Positions 19,157 through 29,065 of a stretch of 64,000 bases of DNA are shown here, in pieces. Position 1 is the stretch's first letter, and each line of letters begins with the position of its first letter. Source of the DNA: Candidatus Eiseniibacteriota bacterium. GTDB lineage: Bacteria; Eisenbacteria; RBG-16-71-46. The position numbers were made by a program, and so were the translations under genes. The stretch spans positions 416,001 through 480,000 of the forward strand of contig OY970342.1 in NCBI GenBank assembly GCA_963717505.1. The letters are read 5' to 3'. Below the pieces are notes generated by a model. The model had not been told where the DNA came from and did no database searches. It saw only the letters and a list, made by a program, of their open reading frames with translations.

Positions 19157-20550
19157 AACTCGGGCTCCGTCTCGCCCGGCATGATCGGGCTATAGGGAAC
19201 GAATTTGGTGCATTCGCGCAGGAACGTCAGGTCGATCTCGCCGGTCGGGCCGTTGCGCTGCTTGGAGATGATGATCTGCGCCTTGAGCGGCTCGGGCGTG
19301 TCGCGCTTGTAGACCACCTCGCGATAGACGAACAGGACAACGTCGGCATCCTGTTCGATCGATCCCGATTCACGAAGGTCGGAAAGCTGCGGGCGCCCCA
19401 TACGATCGCGGGTCTCGACCGCGCGCGACAACTGCGACAGCGCGATGATCGGCACGTTCAGTTCCTTGGACAGCCCCTTGAGCCCGCGCGTGATCTGCGA
19501 GATCTCCTGCACGCGGTTCTCCGCATTGCCGCTCGGCCGAATCAGCTGCAGGTAGTCGATCAGCACCAGCCCGAGTCGGCCCTCGGACTTGAGGCGCCGG
19601 CACTTGGCGCGGATTTCCATCACGGTGAGCATCGCCGAGTCGTCGATCATGATCGGCGCCTGCTGCAGCAGACCCGCGGCGGTGGTCAGGCGCGGCCAGT
19701 CCTCGTTCGCCAGGTAGCCGTTGCGCACCTTGTGCAGGGGCACTTCGCTTTGCGAACAGAGCAGGCGCTGGACCAGCTGCTCCTTGCTCATTTCCAACGA
19801 GAAGACCGCGACCGGCACCGGCGAGCGGTCGCGTTCGCGCGGGATCGCTGCGTTCTCGGCGATGTTGAGCGCGAAGCTGGTCTTGCCCATCGACGGGCGG
19901 CCGGCGACGATGATCAGGTCCGAGTTCTGGAAGCCCGAGGTCCGCTTGTCGAGATCGTCGTAGCCCGACGGCACCCCGGTCACGAACACCTTGCGCTCGT
20001 ACAGCGTCTGGATGTGCTCGAACGCCGGCTTGAGCAGGTCGCGCAGGGCCACGAATCCCTGGCGCACGCGCTGGTCGGTGATCTCGAAGATGCGCTGCTC
20101 GGCGCGGTCCAGGATCTCGACGGTCTCGGCCTCGCCGGCGTAGCACTCCTGCTGGATCTCGGTCGAGGCGCGAATCAGTGCGCGCAGCACGCCCTTGGCG
20201 TGCACCAGTCGCAGGTGCTGTTCGAGATTCGCCGAGGTGGTCGCATAGTCGAACAGCTGCGCGAGCGCCGTTGCGCCGCCGACCGATTCGAGATCGCCAC
20301 GCTTGCGCAGCTCCTCGACGAGCGTGACCAGATCGGCGCGCTCGTTGCGGTTGTAGAGGGCCGTGATCGCAGCAAAGATGCGCTGGTGGGCGACGCGGTA
20401 GAACAGGCCGGGCTCGATCATCTCGATCGCGCGCCCGACTGCCTCGGGATCGAGCAGCATGGCCGCCAGGGCGGCGCGCTCGGCTTCGACCGCCTGGGGC
20501 GGGATCGGGCCCTGCCCGACGTCCGCGCTGCGGGTGAGTACTTCGGTCAC
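19153..20550 (-). CDS. dnaB: Replicative DNA helicase
   Basis: GRPSMGKT, IDYLQL, LSQLSR, SDLRESGSIEQDAD, KQRNG; no intein. Confidence 0.99.
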   Translation of the reverse strand: MTEVLTRSADVGQGPIPPQAVEAERAALAAMLLDPEAVGRAIEMIEPGLFYRVAHQRIFAAITALYNRNERADLVTLVEELRKRGDLESVGGATALAQLFDYATTSANLEQHLRLVHAKGVLRALIRASTEIQQECYAGEAETVEILDRAEQRIFEITDQRVRQGFVALRDLLKPAFEHIQTLYERKVFVTGVPSGYDDLDKRTSGFQNSDLIIVAGRPSMGKTSFALNIAENAAIPRERDRSPVPVAVFSLEMSKEQLVQRLLCSQSEVPLHKVRNGYLANEDWPRLTTAAGLLQQAPIMIDDSAMLTVMEIRAKCRRLKSEGRLGLVLIDYLQLIRPSGNAENRVQEISQITRGLKGLSKELNVPIIALSQLSRAVETRDRMGRPQLSDLRESGSIEQDADVVLFVYREVVYKRDTPEPLKAQIIISKQRNGPTGEIDLTFLRECTKFVPYSPIMPGETEPEF

Positions 20551-20680
20551 GAGATCATTCCTTCCGGCGGGGGCGGGTCAAGAACGACGGATCCGCGAGG
20601 TGCCCTACCTTACCCCTGGCGTCCACGCGGGCGCCAGATCCGGATGGAACGTCCGACATCGTTTTGTGGAGAAGCGGCGG

Positions 20681-21637
20681 CTAGGCCAGGTACTCGCGCG
20701 CGAGCAGCTGCATGTCTTCCCACACCGGCCGCTTGTAGCCGGGATTCCGCAGGCAGGCCGCCGGATGGTAGGTGACGATCAGCTTGGCGCCCTGATAGCG
20801 GTAGATCGTGCCGCGCATTCCGGCGATCGTGCCCTTGACGCCGACCAGCAGCTCGGCCGCGAACTTCCCGAGACAGCAGATGATCCGTGGCTGGAGCGTT
20901 TCGAGCTGGCGCTTGAGGTAGGGCGAGCACATCTCGATCTCGTGCGGCAGCGGATTCCGGTTCTCGGGCGGCCGGCACTTGAGCACGTTGCAGATGTAGA
21001 CCGTGTCGCGGTTGAGCGGGATGCCCGGGATCAGCGCCTTCTCGTCCATCGCCTTGATGATCTGGGTCAGGAGTTGCCCGGCGCGGCCGACGAAGGGCTC
21101 GCCCTGGGCGTCTTCGTCGGCGCCCGGCGCTTCGCCGACGAAGACGATGCCGGTGCGAGCCGAACCCACCCCGGGCACGGCCTGCTTGCGCGTTTCGCAC
21201 AGGCCGCACTTGCGGCAGGCGCGGACTTCGGCGGCGATCGCATCGAGCACCGGCAGCGCCACACCGTGAATCCGGGCGCGGGTTTCGGCGTCGTTGGGAT
21301 TGAGCGGCGGATGCGCGGGCGGCAGCTCGAAGTTGTAGTCGGCGAAACGATCGGCGGTCTTCGGCGCGCCCTCGAACAGCAGCAACGTGTCCGCAGCACC
21401 GGTCACCGTTGCACCCGAGGCAGCGGGGGCGGGTACAGGCGCGGTTCTCTCCGCAATGCGCGGCGCGTTCCCGGTTTCGGGCTCGACTCGAGCCACGGGC
21501 GTTTGGGCGGCGGGCTTGGTCGCCCGCGCAGTGTGTGCCACTAGGTCGCCGGCGCCCGAGGCCTCTTCGCGCTCGAGGTAGCGACGCACGCTGGCCGTGA
21601 TGTCGGCCAGTTCTTCGCGTGGATCGCGCTCGCTCAT
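20681..21637 (-). CDS. Uracil-DNA glycosylase family 4 (4Fe-4S) with N-terminal extension
   Basis: CRKCGL, GEAPGADED, PFVGRAG, KCRPPENR, YHPA. Confidence 0.93.
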   Translation of the reverse strand: MSERDPREELADITASVRRYLEREEASGAGDLVAHTARATKPAAQTPVARVEPETGNAPRIAERTAPVPAPAASGATVTGAADTLLLFEGAPKTADRFADYNFELPPAHPPLNPNDAETRARIHGVALPVLDAIAAEVRACRKCGLCETRKQAVPGVGSARTGIVFVGEAPGADEDAQGEPFVGRAGQLLTQIIKAMDEKALIPGIPLNRDTVYICNVLKCRPPENRNPLPHEIEMCSPYLKRQLETLQPRIICCLGKFAAELLVGVKGTIAGMRGTIYRYQGAKLIVTYHPAACLRNPGYKRPVWEDMQLLAREYLA

Positions 21638-22917
21638 GTCGCCTTTCTCGAGCGTGATCCTGCTCGTTTGCCGGGCGTGCGGCGCGCGCCGGCGAGGCGC
21701 AGCTCCAGAGCACGCTCGAGGATCCGATCGGCCAGCTCGCGCTTGCGCATCTCGGGCAGACGGCGGGCTCGGCCCGCCTCGACCAACGTCGCGCGATTGG
21801 TTTCGCGGCCGAGCGCGTCCTCTGGCGTATTGAGCACGATCAGGTCGGCGCCCTTGGCGCGCAGCTTCTCGCGAGCGCGGGCCACGCCGCCCGACGTTTC
21901 GAGCGCGAAGCCAACGATCACCTGCCTCGGGCGAGCCTTGCCGCGCCGCTGGCGGGCTCTGCCCAGCCGTTCCAGTATGTCCGCGTTCGGCTCGAGCGCC
22001 AGCGTGCGCGGGCCACTGCCGCGCCGGATCTTCTCGGCGGCGGCGCGCGCCGGACGAAAATCCGCGACCGCCGCGGCCATCAGAATCGTGTCGGCGACGG
22101 GCGCTTCGGCCTCGAGCGCCCGCGCCATTTCGGCTGCGGTCCCGACCTGGACCACGCGAATCCCGCCCGGGGGCTCGACGTCCATCGGCCCCGCGACCAG
22201 AACCACCTCGGCGCCGCGATCGCGCGCCGCTTCCGCCAGCGCGGCTCCCATCCGCCCGCTCGAGCGGTTGGTCAGCACGCGCACCGGATCGATCGGCTCT
22301 TCCGTGCGGCCGGCGCTGACCAGAACGCGCATGCCGGTCATGGTTCCGCGATGCGCGAGCACGCCTTCGAGGGCGGCGCCGATGGTCTCGGGCTCGGACA
22401 TGCGGCCCGGGCCGGCGAGTCCGGAAGCCAGCGATCCGCGCTCGGGCCCGACGATGGTCGCCCCGCGACTCCGGAGCGTCGCCAGACTCTCCTGCGTCGC
22501 CTTCTTGCGCCACATCTCGAGGTCCATGGCCGGGCACACGACCAAAGGTGCGCGGCTCGCGAGCAACACCGAGGTCAAAGCGTCCGGGGACTCCCCGTGG
22601 GCCATGCGCGCCATCAGATCGGCAGTCGCCGGCGCCAGCACGATGAGATCCGCCGATTCGGCCAGGTCCACGTGCGCGACGCGTCCTTTCACTCGGCGAT
22701 TCCCCTCCTGCCCCAGCGCCAGGTGCGGCGCCTGATCGCCCCACAGATTTGTGATCACCGGATTCCCGGACAGCGTCTGGAACGTGAGCGGGGTGACGAA
22801 CTCACACGCCGCCGGGGTCATCACCACCACCACGTGCGCACCGCGCGTGGTGAGCCAGCGTACCAGCTCGCAGGTCTTGTACGCGGCGATTCCGCCCGAC
22901 ACGCCGACCAGGATCAC
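21634..22917 (-). CDS. coaBC: Phosphopantothenoylcysteine decarboxylase/ligase
   Basis: GGIAAYK, APATAD, PAM, IDPVRVLTNRSSGRMG, GFALE; exact start uncertain. Confidence 0.96.
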   Translation of the reverse strand: MILVGVSGGIAAYKTCELVRWLTTRGAHVVVVMTPAACEFVTPLTFQTLSGNPVITNLWGDQAPHLALGQEGNRRVKGRVAHVDLAESADLIVLAPATADLMARMAHGESPDALTSVLLASRAPLVVCPAMDLEMWRKKATQESLATLRSRGATIVGPERGSLASGLAGPGRMSEPETIGAALEGVLAHRGTMTGMRVLVSAGRTEEPIDPVRVLTNRSSGRMGAALAEAARDRGAEVVLVAGPMDVEPPGGIRVVQVGTAAEMARALEAEAPVADTILMAAAVADFRPARAAAEKIRRGSGPRTLALEPNADILERLGRARQRRGKARPRQVIVGFALETSGGVARAREKLRAKGADLIVLNTPEDALGRETNRATLVEAGRARRLPEMRKRELADRILERALELRLAGARRTPGKRAGSRSRKAT

Positions 22918-22960
22918 GCGGCCATGGACCGGTGACCCCGGAGCCGGGGCGCGGCGGGAG

Positions 22961-23161
22961 CTACTCGACCGTTTCGTCGAAATAGAACGGCACCTCGGCG
23001 CGGATCACGCGCTCGAGCGCGGTCGCCGTCACCTTGCCCTTGACGATTTCGGCGCCGCGACGCGACCAGTCGTTGAGTCGGCGCGCTTCGCGCGACGCAA
23101 TGATCGCGAGCTCGTACTTGTTGGTGCCCGGAGGCGGGATCAACGATGCCAGCTTGGTCAT
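22961..23161 (-). CDS. rpoZ: RNA polymerase omega subunit
   Basis: NKYELAIIASREAR..KVTATAL; gmk-rpoZ-coaBC synteny. Confidence 0.88.
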   Translation of the reverse strand: MTKLASLIPPPGTNKYELAIIASREARRLNDWSRRGAEIVKGKVTATALERVIRAEVPFYFDETVE

Positions 23162-23181
23162 GCTTGGACTCCTCTTTCGGA

Positions 23182-23844
23182 TCAGGTTCTCGGCAGGTCG
23201 GGACCCGCGCGCAGCCGACGCACGCGCGCGCGTTCCGCGTCGACGATCGCCACCAACCGCTCGATGGCCCGGTCACGATCGTCATTCATCACGACATAGT
23301 CATAGTCTTCATATTGCTTCAGCTCGGCGGGTGCGGCGGACAGACGCCGCTCGATCGAGGCCTGGCTCTCGGTGTTGCGCGCGGCCAGTCGCTCGCGCAG
23401 TGCGCCGATCGACGGCGGCAGAATGAATACCGACACCGAGTCGGGACGCGCCCGCCGCACGCTGGCTCCGCCCTGGACGTCGACGTCGAGCACGACCACG
23501 CGGCCGGCGCGCACGTTCTCATCGACGAATCGGGCCGGGGTGCCGTAGCGCTCGCCGTGGACTTCGGCCCACTCGAGAAACCACTGCGCCGCGATCCGGC
23601 GGTCGAATTCTTCACGCGAGACGAACTCGTAGTCGACGCCTTCGCCCTCGACGGGACGCCGCATTCGGGTGGTGGCCGACACGGCGAACATGCACGCGGG
23701 CCGGGCGCTGGTCAGGCCGCGCACCAGGGTGCCCTTGCCGACCCCGGAGGGCCCGGACACCACGAGCAGGAACCCGCCCGGTTCGAACTGGAACGCGCTA
23801 CCCGCCGTCGTCGTGGTCATGCCCTCGCTCGCCTCGCGCATCAT
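23182..23844 (-). CDS. gmk: Guanylate kinase
   Basis: SGPSGVGKGT, SATTR, EGVDYEF, YGTP, DVDVQG. Confidence 0.97.
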   Translation of the reverse strand: MMREASEGMTTTTAGSAFQFEPGGFLLVVSGPSGVGKGTLVRGLTSARPACMFAVSATTRMRRPVEGEGVDYEFVSREEFDRRIAAQWFLEWAEVHGERYGTPARFVDENVRAGRVVVLDVDVQGGASVRRARPDSVSVFILPPSIGALRERLAARNTESQASIERRLSAAPAELKQYEDYDYVVMNDDRDRAIERLVAIVDAERARVRRLRAGPDLPRT

Positions 23845-24719
23845 TCCACGTTCTGCACCTGCTCGCGCAGGCGCTCGATTTCCTCCTTGATCACGATCAC
23901 GGCCCGGGTGATCTCGACGTCGTTCGACTTGGAGCCGATGGTGTTCGCCTCGCGGTTCATCTCCTGGAGCAGGAAGTTGAGCTTGCGCCCGGCCAGCTCG
24001 GGGCCGTCGATCAGGCTCTGGAACTGGTCGAGGTGGGCGGCGAGGCGCACGCACTCTTCGGTGCAGTCCAGCCGGTCGACCATCAGCGCGACTTCCTGGG
24101 CCAGGCGGTTGGGATCCAACTCGACGTCGGCCAACAACGCGTTCAGCCGATTCATCAGCCGATCCTTGGCCTCCGCCGGCCGAGAGGGCGCGCGCGTGCT
24201 GACGCAGCGCAGCTGCTCGCCGACGATGCCGAGCCGATGCTGGAGGTCGCGGCCCAGCGCCAGCCCCTCGCGCTCCTTCATCGCCGCCATGTTGTCGCAC
24301 GCGTCGCCGACCACGTGTTTGACCATGTCCCAGGTCTGCTCGTCCGACAGCTCGGTGTGCTCCCACGAGAACACGTCGGGAAGCTGGGCGAGGGTCCGCA
24401 GGTCGAGGCCCGACTCGAGGTTGTAGCGGGAGCGAAGCTGGTCGAGCAGCGAGACGTAACGATCGACGACCGATTCGTTGACCCTAAGGACCTCGCCCTC
24501 GTCGCCGGCGCCGGCCCAGGTGATGGTCAGGTTGAGCTTGCCGCGCGAAAAGCGGTCCTGGATCAACATGCGGATCTTTTCTTCGAACAGGCTGACCAGC
24601 TTGGGGGCGCGAATCGAGATGTCGGCGAAACGATGATTGACTGACCGGATTTCGGCGGAAAGACGCTGGCCGTCGCGCTCGAGCTCGGCGTGCCCGTAGC
24701 CGGTCATCGAGCGGATCAT
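23841..24719 (-). CDS. yicC: YicC/YloC family endoribonuclease
   Basis: MIRSMTGYG, SVNHRF, GRKLNFLLQEMNREANTIGSK, REQVQNVE. Confidence 0.96.
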   Translation of the reverse strand: MIRSMTGYGHAELERDGQRLSAEIRSVNHRFADISIRAPKLVSLFEEKIRMLIQDRFSRGKLNLTITWAGAGDEGEVLRVNESVVDRYVSLLDQLRSRYNLESGLDLRTLAQLPDVFSWEHTELSDEQTWDMVKHVVGDACDNMAAMKEREGLALGRDLQHRLGIVGEQLRCVSTRAPSRPAEAKDRLMNRLNALLADVELDPNRLAQEVALMVDRLDCTEECVRLAAHLDQFQSLIDGPELAGRKLNFLLQEMNREANTIGSKSNDVEITRAVIVIKEEIERLREQVQNVE

Positions 24720-24840
24720 CGTTGCCACCCGTGGCGAACGGTCATGAAAAGGTCTCGGGCCTGCAAAGGTCGGAGGTCTGCGAGGGTGCGCCCCCCCGCC
24801 CGGACGCGGATGAGCCGGCAACGGCGTCCCGGAACCAGCC

Positions 24841-24869
24841 AAGGTAGCCACGGCCGGCGGGCAAGTCAA
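24841..24869 (-). promoter_or_regulatory. Sigma70-type promoter for yicC-gmk operon
   Basis: TTGACT-17 nt-TACCTT. Confidence 0.6.
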
Positions 24870-24889
24870 AGTGCGACCGTGCTGGAACT

Positions 24890-25270
24890 TCAGTCGTCGC
24901 CGGTTGCCTCGGGTTTGCGAAACAGATCGTCGAGCTTCTTGCGCGCATCCCCCGCCCGATCGGCGGCGGGTTTCCCACCGAACAGTCCCTCGAGCTTGGC
25001 GCGGGCGTCGGCGGCGCGCGGGTCGGTGGGCGCCCCACGCCGGACCTTCGCGCGCGTGAACGAGAAGAACTCGCAGAAATTGCGGCGTTCCTTCTCGGGC
25101 ACCGGATCGGCTTCGGTTTCACGGCAGGCGTTGTTGTACGACGGATCGTAGTGGCGGCAGTTGCGGCAACAGCGCAGGTCGCGGCCGCACTCGGAGCACT
25201 CGGCGTCGCGAGGGATCGGCTCGTCGAACGGAGACGCCGTGCCGCACTTCTGACATTCCAACGCCGGCAT
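24890..25270 (-). CDS. Cys-rich (Zn-binding) hypothetical protein
   Basis: CQKC..CSEC..CCRNCRHYD..C..NFCEFF; C-terminal repeated DARxKLxxLF. Confidence 0.8.
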   Translation of the reverse strand: MPALECQKCGTASPFDEPIPRDAECSECGRDLRCCRNCRHYDPSYNNACRETEADPVPEKERRNFCEFFSFTRAKVRRGAPTDPRAADARAKLEGLFGGKPAADRAGDARKKLDDLFRKPEATGDD

Positions 25271-25355
25271 GAGTAGAGCCTGCGCGGAGCCTCGGACCCT
25301 AGTCAAGAAGAAACCGGGTTTGCTGGACTCTTCGGGTTTGCCTACGGTGACGCGC

Positions 25356-26402
25356 ATGATCCCGGAAACGCAGGCCAGCCCCGAAGTCGTCCGTGCGTCG
25401 GCGATCCTGCGTGCGCTCAAGCAGCATCGGAAACGGCACGCGCGCAAGCTCGAGGCGATGCGCGGCGACCTCGCCGAGGCGGAGCGCGCTCCGGAATTCC
25501 GGCGTTACGGCGAGGCGCTGCTCGCCTACCTCGGCCAGGTGCCGGCGCGCGCCGCGAACGTCACGCTCCCCGATCCGGCGGATCCGCATGGCGCGCTCGA
25601 GATCGCCCTCGACCCGCAGGTCAAGCCGCAGGTCAACGCCGCGCGTTACTTCAAGCGCGCCGCCAAGGCCGAGCGCGCGTTGGCCGAGATTCCGCCGCGG
25701 ATCGCGGCCGCCGAGGCCGAGCTGCATGCGCTGGCGAACCTGGTCGAGCGTGCCACCGCCGCACTCGAGCTGCCTTCGCCGCGCGAGCCGCGTCACCCGA
25801 GACGGCGCGGCCCGCGTGGGGAGTCGGATGAGCCCGGTGAGGCCGTCACGCCGATCATCCCCGAGGCTGAGCCGGCGGTCGCACTCGACACCGCGATTCT
25901 GGATGAGCTGGAACGGGCCTTCGCAGCGCTGCCCCCGGTGCTGAGACGCGAGGCCGGGGTTGCGCCCAAGCGAGTGTCGACTGGAAAGCGCGAGCCCGAG
26001 ATCCCTGCCCGGCTTCAACCCCGCCGGTTGCGCACGCGCGAAGGCTGGGACGTGCTGATCGGCCGCTCCAACGAGGGCAACGATCATCTGACGCTACATT
26101 TGGCTAGGCCTGAAGACTACTGGTTTCACGTCCATGGCGCGGCCGGCTCGCACGTGGTCCTGCGCCGCGGCAAGGGCAAGAATGAGCCGTCCAAGCAGAC
26201 GCTGCTCGAAGTCGCGTCGTGGGCGGCGTTCTACTCGCAGGCGCGCACGGCCGGCACCGTGCCGGTGATCGTCACGCGCAAGAAGTACGTGCGCAAACCG
26301 CGCAAGGCGCCGGCCGGGACGGTGACCTGCGAGCGCGAGAAGACGCTGATGGTGCGTCCGAAGGAGCCCGGACGCGAGTCGCTGGCGGACAGCGGGTCCT
26401 AG
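25356..26402 (+). CDS. NFACT RNA-binding (DUF814) protein, RqcH-like C-terminal part
   Basis: IALDP..NAARYFKRAAK coiled-coil region; IGRSNEGNDHL, DYWFHVHGAAGSHV, AAFYS, YVRKPRKAPAG. Confidence 0.88.
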   Translation: MIPETQASPEVVRASAILRALKQHRKRHARKLEAMRGDLAEAERAPEFRRYGEALLAYLGQVPARAANVTLPDPADPHGALEIALDPQVKPQVNAARYFKRAAKAERALAEIPPRIAAAEAELHALANLVERATAALELPSPREPRHPRRRGPRGESDEPGEAVTPIIPEAEPAVALDTAILDELERAFAALPPVLRREAGVAPKRVSTGKREPEIPARLQPRRLRTREGWDVLIGRSNEGNDHLTLHLARPEDYWFHVHGAAGSHVVLRRGKGKNEPSKQTLLEVASWAAFYSQARTAGTVPVIVTRKKYVRKPRKAPAGTVTCEREKTLMVRPKEPGRESLADSGS

Positions 26403-26414
26403 GGAACCATCGCC

Positions 26415-28418
26415 CTACAGCCGCCCGCGTTTCCTCTCGTCACCCGCCCTAACGGTCCAGCCGACGCGGTCGCTGTGTTCCAGCAACGGCACCGCCCACT
26501 TGCGGCTCACGCCCGCGAGATCCTTGAATCCGGAAACATCGATGGTCGGTGACTTCACGAAGTGCGCGGCCAGACGCGCCCGCAAGTCCTCCATCTGGCG
26601 CGCGGTGTAGCAGTACTCCTGGCTTACGCGCACCAGCCGTCCGAGGAACTGACCGAGACCGCCGACCTCGGCGGCGAACGCCGCACCGGCCGGACCGCCG
26701 CCTCGTGCGTGCGACACCGCGGCCAGCCAAGTGGCGGCTTCCGGAACGGCGAAGCCGGCAGCCTCGAGATCGGTCTCGACCTTGGACAGCGCCTGAGCCA
26801 CTTCGGCCGGAGGCTCCCACGGCGAACCCGCCGGGCGGACGCGATCGGCACGCATCTCCAGCGCGCCGCCGCCGAGCAACGCGTCGAACGCGGCGTCGAA
26901 CAACGCCGAATCGATGGCACTCTTGAGGCCGCTCTTGAGTTCGCCCTTGGCGATGCCGTAGCGCGCCGGATGGCGGGTCGCGTATTCCGAGATCACGTGC
27001 GCGATGGCGGCGCGCACTGAATTCCAGCGCTCCGCGGTCACCCAGCGGCCGGGCACCGGCTGCGCGACTTCCCCGCTCGCACTCATCCCCTCGAGCGCCC
27101 GAGCCGCCGAGGCCTCGGGCTCGGAAACCAACTGGGCCAGATGCGCGGTCGCGAGCATGCGCGGATTGGCCCCGAGCGTTTGCAGCAATCGGGCCTCGAT
27201 CGAGCCCGACTCGTGCACCACGAGCTGGGCGACGCTTTCGCCACGCCGGCGACGCTTTCCGGCCATCGGGTCGATCACCACGCCGCCACCGATCGTTCGC
27301 TGCGGCGAGTACGAGCGAATCACGAAGCGATCGCCGCGCGCGGCGACCACCGGACGTTCGAGCCGGAGCTGCGCCAACGCGCTGGTCCCGGGCCGAACGT
27401 GCAGGCGAGACGGAGCGTCCTTCCCCCCGGCTGGCTCCGGATCGCGCGCGGCCGGCGTCTCGCCTTCCAGCAGGACCAGGCGACCGAGAATCTCGCTCGC
27501 GCCCAGGTGCATGCGGACGCGCCGATTCGACGGCCACGCCTTGGGCACGTCATCCAGGAGCTCGAAGCGCACGTCCACCGCTTGCGACGGTTTGAGCGAG
27601 TCGGGCGCCACCAGCCAGTCGCCACGCTCGACCCGGTCGCGCTCGACGCCGTGGATGGCGAGCGCGGTACGCTGCCCGGCGCGAGCCTCCTCGACCGTCT
27701 TGCCGTGAACTTGAACGCGCCGTACGCGAACCTCGACGCCGCGCGGCAGCAATTCCAGAGTGTCGCCGGTGCGCACGCGCCCGCGCCACAGCGTGCCGGT
27801 GACCACGGTGCCGAAACCCTCGACGCTGAACACGCGATCCACCGGCAGGCGCGCGGGCTCGTCACCGGCTCGGCCCGGCAGATCCGCGAGCTGTCGATCC
27901 AGCTCGGCGAGCAAGAGGTCGACCCCGGCTCCGGTGACCGCCGAGCACGGCACGATCGGCGATTCGGCGAGCGGTGTGTCCGCCAGCAGCGCGCGCACGT
28001 CGCGGGTCACCATCGCGATCCACTCGGGCTCGACCAGGTCACTCTTGGTGAGCGCCACGATCCCGCGGCCAACGCCGAGCATCTTGACGATCGACAGATG
28101 CTCTCGGGTCTGCGGCATCACGCCTTCGTCGGCGGCGACCACCAGCAGCACCAGGTCGATCCCACCGACGCCGGCCAGCATGTTCTTGACGAAACGCTCG
28201 TGGCCGGGAACGTCGACGATGCCGACCTGGACGCCACCCGGAGTCACCAGCGGGGCGAAGCCCAGGTCGATCGAGATCCCGCGCCGCTTCTCTTCGGGGA
28301 GCCGATCGGTGTCGACGCCGGTCAGGCGCCGGACCAGGGCGGTCTTGCCATGGTCGATGTGGCCGGCGGTGCCGACGATCGCGAGTCGGGTCGCGTGGGG
28401 TTCCGTGCTTGGGGTCAT
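26415..28418 (-). CDS. selB: Selenocysteine-specific elongation factor
   Basis: [37 protein letters not shown]-terminal [10 protein letters not shown] winged helix. Confidence 0.97.
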   Translation of the reverse strand: MTPSTEPHATRLAIVGTAGHIDHGKTALVRRLTGVDTDRLPEEKRRGISIDLGFAPLVTPGGVQVGIVDVPGHERFVKNMLAGVGGIDLVLLVVAADEGVMPQTREHLSIVKMLGVGRGIVALTKSDLVEPEWIAMVTRDVRALLADTPLAESPIVPCSAVTGAGVDLLLAELDRQLADLPGRAGDEPARLPVDRVFSVEGFGTVVTGTLWRGRVRTGDTLELLPRGVEVRVRRVQVHGKTVEEARAGQRTALAIHGVERDRVERGDWLVAPDSLKPSQAVDVRFELLDDVPKAWPSNRRVRMHLGASEILGRLVLLEGETPAARDPEPAGGKDAPSRLHVRPGTSALAQLRLERPVVAARGDRFVIRSYSPQRTIGGGVVIDPMAGKRRRRGESVAQLVVHESGSIEARLLQTLGANPRMLATAHLAQLVSEPEASAARALEGMSASGEVAQPVPGRWVTAERWNSVRAAIAHVISEYATRHPARYGIAKGELKSGLKSAIDSALFDAAFDALLGGGALEMRADRVRPAGSPWEPPAEVAQALSKVETDLEAAGFAVPEAATWLAAVSHARGGGPAGAAFAAEVGGLGQFLGRLVRVSQEYCYTARQMEDLRARLAAHFVKSPTIDVSGFKDLAGVSRKWAVPLLEHSDRVGWTVRAGDERKRGRL

Positions 28419-28452
28419 CGGCGCGGATTCTAGCGCCAGAGAACGGAAGTGT

Positions 28453-29061
28453 TCAGAGCCGGCCGCGCTCGAACTCCATCAGATCCGCGGCGCGCTCGGC
28501 GCCCACCCAAAAGTGCAGCCCGGCATAGTGCAGCCCGACCTCGTGGAGACATCGCATCCACCAGGTGAGCGAACGGGGGAACATCGACACCGTGTCGCCG
28601 ACCAGGTCGTCGCGATCGGTGAAGATCTCGAGGAAGGCGGCGCCGCCCAGCAGGCCGGCGATCGTCCGAAGCCCCGGGCCAAGCTCGGCGCCGTCGATAT
28701 AGTAGAGGGCGCCGGAGCAGACGATCAGGTCGAACGGGCCGTTCAGGCCGACGCGGTCCAGTTCACCGAATCGGCCGAGACGCAGGTTGCGACGGGCGCC
28801 GAATCGCCCGACCGCGTACGCGCTCGCGTCGACCCCGACATAACGGGCCCGCGGCCGGATGCGCGCGACCAGCGGCTGCCAATCGCCTTCGCCGCAACAC
28901 AGGTCGAGCACGCTGCGCACCGGGCGCTCGATCAGGAACTCGGCCCCGGCGATCACGAACGCCACCCGGCGTTCGACCTCGGCCGGCGCGTAGACGCGCG
29001 ACTTCGGTGAACGATACCAGCGATCGAAGTAGCTACGGTCGTAGAGGGGATCGCGCGCCAC
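28453..29061 (-). CDS. Class I SAM-dependent methyltransferase
   Basis: [26 protein letters not shown]. Confidence 0.85.
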   Translation of the reverse strand: MARDPLYDRSYFDRWYRSPKSRVYAPAEVERRVAFVIAGAEFLIERPVRSVLDLCCGEGDWQPLVARIRPRARYVGVDASAYAVGRFGARRNLRLGRFGELDRVGLNGPFDLIVCSGALYYIDGAELGPGLRTIAGLLGGAAFLEIFTDRDDLVGDTVSMFPRSLTWWMRCLHEVGLHYAGLHFWVGAERAADLMEFERGRL

Positions 29062-29065
29062 CGGG

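Noticed and set aside
22914-22925. ATG-GCC-GCG-TGA before coaBC as UGA readthrough or uORF
   Set aside because: Better explained by the GTG start at 22917 or a single-base error; no SECIS-like support
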